Assembly (NCBI RefSeq): GCF_017348835.2
Contig: NZ_CP071375.1
Reading direction: 5' to 3' (one strand)
DNA: 64,000 nucleotides
Origin: Escherichia coli
Lineage (GTDB): Bacteria; Pseudomonadota; Gammaproteobacteria; Enterobacterales; Enterobacteriaceae
Shown here piece by piece: positions 23,388 to 30,253 of the stretch (positions within the stretch are counted from its first letter, which is position 1; each line of letters starts with the position of its first letter). Under the pieces are notes generated by a model. It was given only the letters and a program-made list of their open reading frames with translations, was not told where the DNA came from and did not search any database. Position numbers and translations under genes: made by a program.

Positions 23388-24274
23388 TGCCACTGCTGGA
23401 TAAGCTGCGTGAGCAGTACGGGGTCGGACCGGTATGCAGCGAACTGCATATTGCCCCGTCAACGTATTACCATTGTCAGCAACAGCGACATCATCCGGAT
23501 AAACGCAGTGCCCGTGCGCAGCACGATGACTGGCTGAAGAAAGAGATACAGCGCGTATACGATGAAAATCACCAGGTATACGGTGTGCGTAAAGTCTGGC
23601 GTCAGTTGTTACGGGAAGGTATCAGAGTGGCCAGATGCACTGTGGCACGTCTCATGGCAGTTATGGGACTTGCCGGTGTTCTCCGGGGTAAAAAGGTCCG
23701 CACTACCGTCAGCCGGAAAGCCGTTGCCGCATGCGACCGCGTAAACCGTCAGTTCGTGGCAGAACGTCCAGACCAGTTGTGGGTGGCTGATTTTACCTGG
23801 GTAAGCACATGGCAGGGCTTCGTTTATGTGGCGTTCATCATTGATGTGTTCGCCGGATACATCGTGGGATGGCAGGTCTCATCATCCATGGAAACAACAT
23901 TCGTGCTGGATGCACTGGAGCAGGCGTTGTGGGCCCGTCGGCCGTCCGGCACAATCCATCACAGTGATAAAGGTTCTCAGTATGTATCGCTGGCCTACAC
24001 GCAGCGGCTTAAGGAAGCCGGATTACTGGCATCAACAGGGAGTACTGGCGACTCGTATGACAACGCGATGGCTGAGAGCATCAATGGTCTTTACAAAGCG
24101 GAGGTAATACACCGTAAGAGCTGGAAAAACCGGACAGAAGTGGAACTGGCCACACTAACGTGGGTGGACTGGTATAACAATCGACGATTGCTGGAAAGGC
24201 TGGGCCATATTCCTCCGGCAGAAGCAGAAAAAGCTTATTATGCTTCCATCGGAAATAATGATCTGGCAGCCTGA
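23387..24274 (+). CDS. IS3-family transposase OrfB (DDE catalytic domain; normally expressed as OrfAB fusion by -1 frameshift)
   Basis: 295-aa ORF overlapping OrfA stop in -1 frame; DDE-type integrase-core features (…HSDKGSQYVS…); A-rich run ggaaaaaataatg at the overlap. Confidence 0.85.
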   Translation: MPLLDKLREQYGVGPVCSELHIAPSTYYHCQQQRHHPDKRSARAQHDDWLKKEIQRVYDENHQVYGVRKVWRQLLREGIRVARCTVARLMAVMGLAGVLRGKKVRTTVSRKAVAACDRVNRQFVAERPDQLWVADFTWVSTWQGFVYVAFIIDVFAGYIVGWQVSSSMETTFVLDALEQALWARRPSGTIHHSDKGSQYVSLAYTQRLKEAGLLASTGSTGDSYDNAMAESINGLYKAEVIHRKSWKNRTEVELATLTWVDWYNNRRLLERLGHIPPAEAEKAYYASIGNNDLAA

Positions 24275-24366
24275 GTTCACAGATAAAACACTCTCCAGGA
24301 AACCCGGGGCGGTTCAGTATAATGCCACTGCATAACTGATTCCCATTTCGTAGAGGCTGTTAACTC

Positions 24367-24398
24367 TGTATCAAAGTCCTGACAAAGGACTGTATCAA
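24367..24398. promoter_or_regulatory. Operator-like composite repeat upstream of the 534-aa orphan gene
   Basis: tgtatcaa AGTCCT gacaa AGGACT gtatcaa: 6-bp palindromic arms flanked by direct tgtatcaa repeats, about 50 bp upstream of the ATG; function inferred only. Confidence 0.3.
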
Positions 24399-24445
24399 GT
24401 TTCTCTACTGAAACAGCTATGCAATAGACGGAAGAATTTAACATT

Positions 24446-26050
24446 ATGGTAACTAAAAAGGTAAAAACAAACCACCCGTACTATCGTGTTTTATCTGGCA
24501 CCTCCATGCCGTTTCCCCACATACATGAAGCTGTTTCCGAACAGTTGCTTCTACTCATTTTCAAAGCACGCAGATTGTATCTGGATCCAGAATATCGTCC
24601 CTGGTTTGATGAACAACATCGGATTCTCTCGGCATTACGCGCTAACACAAAACTACAAAATATTTTAGAGCAAAATAGAGAGGACTACTCCATAGGTGAG
24701 ACCGATAATCCACTATCTAAAGAGCTGTATGCTGCTTTTCAGGTTATGTGCCATTTATACAATGGTTTTGATAACAGACTCGTCAGCCTGAAAACCTGGG
24801 GAGATATGAACAGGGAACCAACAGCAAAATTTGTCGGCCAAAATAGTGGTGGCTGGAAAACACCTGAGATGGAAGAATTCGTCAGAAACGATTTGTTCAA
24901 TATTCTGACAGATTGCAAAGCTCATTGCTCACCACTTCCCGCTCTGGTTCGACAAGGATATTGCCATCAGGATCTTTCTGTTGCGCACTCATGTACTAAA
25001 GAATTACTGGAACAACTGAACCGATACCATCAAATTGATGAATCAGCGATACTTGCCAGAACCCTTGGTTTGGCTATTAACAACTGCTATCACTCAAAAA
25101 CAGAGATTCCTGAATGGCTTTCTCCTTTTGAAAATGAATACAAAAGTCCCTGGAATTGTGAGAAACCAGATACTAACGATGTGAGTAAACTTAGAAAACA
25201 ATTGCTAACAATCGGGCGTACAGAATTCGTGGACAAAATGTTTTCGCTAGCCAACAAAAATGCAACAAAGATAATATATGATGGATACGTTAAACTTTAT
25301 GCTCTGGAAATATATGAATGGTTAAATAAATTAGTGCAATATTTTAAAGGAAATGATTTTATTCGTTACACCTGGAAATTCACAACAATTATTTCCGATG
25401 AAAGTGACACGATTGAAAACACCACCGCATGGGAAAAAGACTATTGTCAAATCACTATACAGCGCGATGAACTTCTGAAACTGATTTATACCAATACCCT
25501 GCAGGATGCAGCAATGAATCTTGCTGGTTGCCTGCAACAGGCATACATAGAACCGTTAAAAAGGGAAATAAATTATCCAGGAATAAACATTGATGCAAAA
25601 GAGCGTGAAATTAGAAAATCTATTGAATTCAGGAGCGAACTGAATAACTTCACAAACATCATGAAACAACTGGAAACATTTGAAAAATGGTATAATGCCA
25701 ATAAAATTCTGTTGGTAAGTAACAAAAAGAAACGTACAGAAAAGATTGACGTGAATATTCGTCTTGCAGGACTGAAAGGCTATGATCTGAATGAAGGTAT
25801 ACCTGATGGTCAGGGACGCAAAATTAAAGATGGTGTGAATGAACTCGTCAAGGCAGATGGCAGTCTACAACTTCCACAAGATATCAGTGACACTTCGCTT
25901 AACCGTTACCGTCAAGCAGTTCAACACATTATTAAGGATGAGATCGACACGTTGCTGATAGCACAGAGGGAAAAAAATAAAATAAATCCATATAGCGAAG
26001 ATAGATACTCTATACGACCTTTATGGGGAAAATGTCTGGTCGAACAGTAA
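24446..26050 (+). CDS. hypothetical protein, 534 aa, no recognisable family (orphan accessory gene; AT-rich)
   Basis: Long uninterrupted ORF in visibly AT-rich DNA; no P-loop, no transmembrane segments, no signal peptide by eye; Cys/His cluster CKAHC...GYCH...HSC near residues 155-185; not recognised as any K-12 protein. Confidence 0.6.
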   Translation: MVTKKVKTNHPYYRVLSGTSMPFPHIHEAVSEQLLLLIFKARRLYLDPEYRPWFDEQHRILSALRANTKLQNILEQNREDYSIGETDNPLSKELYAAFQVMCHLYNGFDNRLVSLKTWGDMNREPTAKFVGQNSGGWKTPEMEEFVRNDLFNILTDCKAHCSPLPALVRQGYCHQDLSVAHSCTKELLEQLNRYHQIDESAILARTLGLAINNCYHSKTEIPEWLSPFENEYKSPWNCEKPDTNDVSKLRKQLLTIGRTEFVDKMFSLANKNATKIIYDGYVKLYALEIYEWLNKLVQYFKGNDFIRYTWKFTTIISDESDTIENTTAWEKDYCQITIQRDELLKLIYTNTLQDAAMNLAGCLQQAYIEPLKREINYPGINIDAKEREIRKSIEFRSELNNFTNIMKQLETFEKWYNANKILLVSNKKKRTEKIDVNIRLAGLKGYDLNEGIPDGQGRKIKDGVNELVKADGSLQLPQDISDTSLNRYRQAVQHIIKDEIDTLLIAQREKNKINPYSEDRYSIRPLWGKCLVEQ

Positions 26051-26062
26051 CTCACTGAGAAA

Positions 26063-26085
26063 GGGGATAGCAGTTCGCTATCCCC
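26063..26085. terminator. Hairpin between the convergent orphan genes
   Basis: ggggatagc agtt cgctatcccc inverted repeat seen directly; no U-tract. Confidence 0.35.
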
Positions 26086-26132
26086 AAGGGAGACTTTCCA
26101 GCAAGATCTCAAAAAACGAGACACTCGGCAAA

Positions 26133-26729
26133 TTATGCGGCTTTACCATTAACAGATTCAGCCACAAGAACGACAGCGTGTCTGTTTCGCTCAGGATGTT
26201 CACTCCAGATTTCTGATTCCGGGATGCTTTTCCCGTCATAACTGATCCGTTCGCCATCAAACGGGTAATACCGTGCGGAATCAGTATCTAAAATAAACAC
26301 CTTCAGATTCGTTGAACGACGCGCAATATGCTGCCAGAGAGCTTTACCTCCTTCATATTGCTCGTTATCACTTAATAGTACAACGCCCGCTTTTGTGACT
26401 ATCGTTTCATAAACAAACGTTGCAAGACCAACATCACGTACAGCGCCATCGACAACAATCCCTTCAATCTGAGCAACATCCTGTTCTTCCCAGAATTTCT
26501 GGACAAACACGCCTTCAAGCCGGGGACGACGCTGAAGCTCCAGAGTGGCAACAACCTTATGGCGAACATCACCATCAATAACAGAAGGTGCAGCTTCGAT
26601 TACCGCAGCAAACGGAGTCTTTGGATCCCAGATGATCTGGTAAAGCACGCCCTGAATAGTTACTCCATCCAGTATCGAAAAACGACGAGCTACAGTAGCA
26701 GGGGAGTAAGACATTGGAATTACAGCCAT
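26133..26729 (-). CDS. hypothetical protein, about 198 aa (orphan accessory gene)
   Basis: Track ORF 26133..26759 starts at a GTG; the downstream ATG at 26729 (MAVIPMSYSPATVARR) is preceded by a good Shine-Dalgarno (agagggga) and is preferred; soluble protein with no recognisable motif; same strand as integrase. Confidence 0.55.
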   Translation of the reverse strand: MAVIPMSYSPATVARRFSILDGVTIQGVLYQIIWDPKTPFAAVIEAAPSVIDGDVRHKVVATLELQRRPRLEGVFVQKFWEEQDVAQIEGIVVDGAVRDVGLATFVYETIVTKAGVVLLSDNEQYEGGKALWQHIARRSTNLKVFILDTDSARYYPFDGERISYDGKSIPESEIWSEHPERNRHAVVLVAESVNGKAA

Positions 26730-26858
26730 TTTTGAATCCCCTCTGAGTAATACCGGCACGAAAATTTACCTCAATAATTATAGTAAACAATACAAGAACC
26801 AAGTGCATCAACAATACCCATCAATTGTACACAATTCGTACAGCGACCAGGAACTCCC

Positions 26859-28175
26859 TCACCTTCTGCCAAACAGATTGACAACATTATTGCCTGTTTG
26901 CTGTTGATAGTTATTAACCCGGTCCTCCCAGATCTCAAGTGCTCTGCGTTTTTCTGGCAAATAATCGTATCGATCATAATGTTTTGAACTGACATCGTTC
27001 AACGCATGATTTTGAATACGATCGCGGATTTCCTTACTGATCCCAGCTTCTCCCATTAACGTTTTACAGGTCCGACGTAAGTCACGTGCTGTAAAAATTT
27101 TAAAGTCAGGATTAAAAGCCCGGAAATACATGATAGCGCGAGCCAGACTGTCCGTACGAACCGGACGCTTACCATTAGTCGAAAGTGGAAAAATGTAAGG
27201 GCTGGATTTTTCTTTTGTTAACTCCTGCACACAGGATAATTCCTGTAATGCTGATTCAGTCAACGGTATCAAATGCTCTCGTTTATTTTTAGAGACATCA
27301 GCAGTCACCAGCAGCGTTTTTTGTTGAAAATCAACATCACACCACTGACTGGCGATCATTTCGAAGGGACGTTGCCCTCCGGTATAGATACAGAATCGGA
27401 TCAAATGTTGCATCAATAATCCAACGTTGGTTGCTTCAGCAAAATGTTCCATTAGAAAACGCAACTCTTCAAGTGTCAGCCAGGTATCACCGACTTTTTC
27501 AGCAGATGACTGTTTCGGTATCACTGACACCGGATTTGCCTCCAGCCCAAAAGTAATCCCTGCACTTGTGTTCATCGGATCGTTATCTGCTTTCAGTCCA
27601 TAGTTAAATGCAGCCATCAGGTAAGAACGGATCCGGTTAGAGTGAACCACAGCACCACGCTGAATGATCCCGGCCAGGATATGTTTAATCTGTCCGGAAG
27701 TCACATCTTTAGCTTTAGTTTCACGGGGGATCACTGTATAGCATTCATTTTCAAGGCGTTTCAGAACATCCTGCCATGTCCTCTTATTATCAATTTTCAT
27801 TTTGTTAACATAACCATGAATCAATGCTTCAAATGAGCCCTGTGATTGATGGAGTTGTATCCGCTGCTGTTCTGCAAACTGTTGTCGTTCCAGTTCTGCC
27901 TGGGGATCCTTTCCTTCAATGAGCCAGGCACCATACTTTTTTGCCAGTTCATTCGCTGTGGCCAGTTTCATCTCAGGCCATATACCCAATTGAATGAATC
28001 TTTCTTTTTTCCCTTTTTCCACGTAATAGCGGAAATAGAAAATCTTGCTGCCAGAAGACTGAACTTTGACACCAAGTCGTCCAGTGCCACGTTGAGAGCT
28101 GTTGCTCCAGACATAGAACGATGTCTTTTTTGCTTTCAATGCTCGGATGGCTGTTTCAGTAAGATTGACGGCCAT
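26859..28175 (-). CDS. int: site-specific tyrosine recombinase, P4-type integrase (N-terminal arm-binding DUF4102-like domain)
   Basis: 438-aa ORF; N-terminus LTETAIRALKAKKTSFYVWSN...YFRYYVEKGKKERFIQLGIWPEMKLATANE matches the P4/CP4-57 integrase pattern; C-terminal R...HxxR...Y-type catalytic region (ARDLRRTCKT, HALNDVSSKHYDRYDY); Shine-Dalgarno aagagg upstream; adjacent to tRNA fragment. Confidence 0.85.
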   Translation of the reverse strand: MAVNLTETAIRALKAKKTSFYVWSNSSQRGTGRLGVKVQSSGSKIFYFRYYVEKGKKERFIQLGIWPEMKLATANELAKKYGAWLIEGKDPQAELERQQFAEQQRIQLHQSQGSFEALIHGYVNKMKIDNKRTWQDVLKRLENECYTVIPRETKAKDVTSGQIKHILAGIIQRGAVVHSNRIRSYLMAAFNYGLKADNDPMNTSAGITFGLEANPVSVIPKQSSAEKVGDTWLTLEELRFLMEHFAEATNVGLLMQHLIRFCIYTGGQRPFEMIASQWCDVDFQQKTLLVTADVSKNKREHLIPLTESALQELSCVQELTKEKSSPYIFPLSTNGKRPVRTDSLARAIMYFRAFNPDFKIFTARDLRRTCKTLMGEAGISKEIRDRIQNHALNDVSSKHYDRYDYLPEKRRALEIWEDRVNNYQQQTGNNVVNLFGRR

Positions 28176-28371
28176 AGAACCTCTTTTCTAAACCAGTAAC
28201 AATCAGAATAACTCGTGATTTTGGGTCAGGTAATGGGTCAGGTAACGATCGTACAATGAAGAAAAAACGGAACCAAGCGGAGACAGAGAAAATTACATAA
28301 TTCATTGATTATAAACAACTAATAAAGCAATCGCGAACAAACAAAAACAATATAGAACGAACTTGCCTCAT

Positions 28372-28418
28372 GACTCATAATCGCTTGGTCGCTGGTTCAA
28401 GTCCAGCAGGGGCCACCA
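28372..28418 (+). tRNA. ileX: tRNA-Ile2 (ileX, anticodon CAU/LAU) 3'-terminal 47-nt fragment; island attachment-site repeat, not a complete tRNA gene
   Basis: GACTCATAATCGCTTGGTCGCTGGTTCAAGTCCAGCAGGGGCCACCA matches the anticodon loop through CCA end of ileX as I recall it; the sequence 5' of it cannot pair with the acceptor 3' strand (no GGCCCCT), so the D-arm and 5' acceptor are absent. Confidence 0.7.
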
Positions 28419-28427
28419 GATACAGTA

Positions 28428-28461
28428 AAGGCTGACGAGAAATCGTCAGCCTTTTTCTTTT
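28428..28461. terminator. Rho-independent terminator (native ileX terminator, also downstream of yqjH)
   Basis: aaaggctgacga gaaa tcgtcagccttt hairpin followed by tttcttttc. Confidence 0.6.
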
Positions 28462-28471
28462 CATATATCAG

Positions 28472-29236
28472 TTACTTCGCGTGCCAGTAAGCCGCTGCAC
28501 GTACCTGTTGAGGGTCATACTGTTCCGCTTCAAAGCGACGGCTTAAATTCTTCACCACCTTCCCTTCGCCGGTTATCCAGATGAAGTAATCATCGGCAGG
28601 GATTTGCATCTGCGCCAGACGCGCATCTACCGCCTGCTCATCATGTGCCAGCCATTCGATATTAAAACCATCAAGGTGCGCGAGATAATCCTGACAGGCG
28701 TTATCCCGCACGCTAACCAGCGCGCTAACTTGCGGTTTAACGGCAAGTTTGCTCAACGTTTCCAGGCGGCGGCGCAGTGCGGGCATTCCGGATTCATCGC
28801 AGACATACAGCTGATACGCGTAATCTTCCGGCACCACCAGCGAACCGCGCGGACCTGCCACCGTGAGTTTATCGCCCGGTTGGGCCTGCATTGCCCAGCT
28901 ACTGGCGACGCCGTCTTCGTGAATAAAGAAATCAATCGCCAGTTCATGGCGTAGTTCGTCATACAACGGCGTATAGTCACGCGACGGTGGGCGTGGTCCT
29001 TCCGGCCAGACGATGCCCTCTTCCGTTACCGTTGGCGGCACAAAGTGAGCGTCAGGTTGAGGAAAGAAGAGTTTGCTGTGATCGTCAAAGCCGCGCGATG
29101 TAAAACCGTCCAGCGCCTCGCCGCCAAGGACAATGCGCTGAAAACCGGCGCTGATACGCTCAACGCGTAGCACAGTCAGTTCACGGAACCGCAGATCATT
29201 GCGAACGCGCTGCGGGTAGCGGGGGGTGTTATTCAT
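28472..29236 (-). CDS. yqjH: siderophore-interacting / NADPH-dependent ferric-chelate reductase
   Basis: 254-aa ORF; recognised as YqjH (NfeF); FAD-binding siderophore-interacting family. Confidence 0.85.
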   Translation of the reverse strand: MNNTPRYPQRVRNDLRFRELTVLRVERISAGFQRIVLGGEALDGFTSRGFDDHSKLFFPQPDAHFVPPTVTEEGIVWPEGPRPPSRDYTPLYDELRHELAIDFFIHEDGVASSWAMQAQPGDKLTVAGPRGSLVVPEDYAYQLYVCDESGMPALRRRLETLSKLAVKPQVSALVSVRDNACQDYLAHLDGFNIEWLAHDEQAVDARLAQMQIPADDYFIWITGEGKVVKNLSRRFEAEQYDPQQVRAAAYWHAK

Positions 29237-29258
29237 TGTTATCGCCTTCGTGATGGTA

Positions 29259-29274
29259 ATCAGATATATCTAAA
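29259..29274. promoter_or_regulatory. AGATATATCT palindrome, candidate YqjI (NfeR) operator, yqjH-proximal copy
   Basis: Perfect 10-bp palindrome at 29262..29271; a second copy lies at 29492..29501 near yqjI; PadR-type YqjI is known to repress both genes (established), assignment of these exact sites is inference. Confidence 0.4.
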
Positions 29275-29284
29275 TAAAACTCGC

Positions 29285-29315
29285 AAATGATAATGATTGT
29301 TAATCATGATAAATG
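29285..29315. promoter_or_regulatory. Fur box-like sequence in yqjH promoter
   Basis: aaatgataatgattgttaatcatgataaatg closely resembles GATAATGATAATCATTATC consensus; yqjH is Fur-regulated (established). Confidence 0.5.
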
Positions 29316-29349
29316 CAAGCGATTTGTAGAACTGATATGTCTATAGTCT

Positions 29350-29430
29350 GATAAGACGAACCGCCTCTTCTCAGGCATCATTACTCAACGCCGGATGCGG
29401 CGTGAACGCCTTATCCGGCCTACGTGTGAG
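29350..29430. repeat. REP element
   Basis: gccggatgcggcgtgaacgccttatccggcctac motif; approximate coordinates. Confidence 0.6.
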
Positions 29431-29473
29431 ATGAGTCCACGTTTAAAAATCATTTTTACACTTGCAAGAGCTC

Positions 29474-29506
29474 TCATATCAGATATAAATTAGATATATC
29501 TAATTA
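29474..29506. promoter_or_regulatory. AGATAT-repeat palindromes, candidate YqjI autoregulatory operator
   Basis: tcatatcagatataaattagatatatctaatta: repeated AGATAT half-sites just upstream of the yqjI Shine-Dalgarno. Confidence 0.4.
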
Positions 29507-29523
29507 AGCAAAAGGAGGCTGAT

Positions 29524-30147
29524 ATGAGCCATCATCACGAAGGGTGTTGTAAACATGAAGGCCAGCCACGCCATGAGGGCTGCTGCAAAGGTGAGAAGTC
29601 AGAACACGAGCACTGCGGACACGGTCACCAGCATGAACACGGTCAATGCTGCGGTGGTCGCCACGGTCGCGGCGGCGGTCGTCGACAACGTTTCTTTGGT
29701 CACGGTGAATTGCGTCTGGTGATTCTGGATATTCTCTCGCGCGATGACAGCCACGGTTACGAATTGATTAAAGCGATTGAGAATCTAACCCAAGGGAATT
29801 ACACCCCAAGCCCGGGCGTCATCTACCCGACGCTGGATTTTCTGCAGGAGCAGTCGCTGATTACCATCCGCGAAGAGGAAGGTGGTAAGAAGCAGATTGC
29901 GCTGACCGAACAAGGCGCGCAGTGGCTGGAAGAAAACCGCGAACAGGTGGAGATGATTGAAGAACGCATCAAAGCGCGTTGCGTTGGCGCTGCGCTGCGC
30001 CAGAACCCGCAAATGAAGCGGGCGCTGGATAATTTTAAAGCGGTGCTGGATTTACGCGTCAACCAGAGTGATATCACTGATGCACAAATAAAAAAGATCA
30101 TTGCGGTGATCGACCGCGCCGCTTTTGATATTACGCAACTGGATTAA
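29524..30147 (+). CDS. yqjI: PadR-family metal-responsive transcriptional repressor with His/Cys-rich N-terminal tail
   Basis: 207-aa ORF; N-terminus MSHHHEGCCKHEGQPRHEGCCKGEKSEHEHCGHGHQHEHGQCCGG; recognised as YqjI (NfeR). Confidence 0.85.
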   Translation: MSHHHEGCCKHEGQPRHEGCCKGEKSEHEHCGHGHQHEHGQCCGGRHGRGGGRRQRFFGHGELRLVILDILSRDDSHGYELIKAIENLTQGNYTPSPGVIYPTLDFLQEQSLITIREEEGGKKQIALTEQGAQWLEENREQVEMIEERIKARCVGAALRQNPQMKRALDNFKAVLDLRVNQSDITDAQIKKIIAVIDRAAFDITQLD

Positions 30148-30149
30148 TC

Positions 30150-30250
30150 ACCGATTGCCGGATGCGGCGTACCCTACACACCCCGTAGGCCTGATAAGAT
30201 GCGCCAGCATCGCATCAGGCATTGTGCTCCAACCGCCGGATCCGGCATAC
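30150..30250. repeat. REP elements
   Basis: gccggatgcggcgtaccc...taggcctgataagatgcgccagcatcgcatcaggc motifs; approximate coordinates. Confidence 0.6.
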
Positions 30251-30253
30251 CGA

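Larger units (their letters stand above)
23007..24317 (+). mobile_element. IS3-family insertion sequence (IS629/IS1203/IS3411-like), about 1311 bp
   Basis: Imperfect terminal inverted repeats starting TGAACCGCCCCGG at both ends; two overlapping transposase ORFs in -1 frame relationship; OrfA translation recognised from memory as the IS629 group; flanking bases (ctt / gta) do not form a target-site duplication. Confidence 0.85.

Noticed and set aside
24446-26050. HEPN-like R-x4-H motif (RQGYCH) in the 534-aa protein
   Set aside because: A six-residue pattern occurs by chance too often; without profile or structural support it cannot be called a HEPN nuclease.
28343-28418. Possibility of a complete ileX tRNA gene
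   Set aside because: Only the 3' 47 nt match; the upstream sequence (caaaaacaatatagaacgaacttgcctca) cannot form the acceptor or D stems, so it is an att-site fragment.
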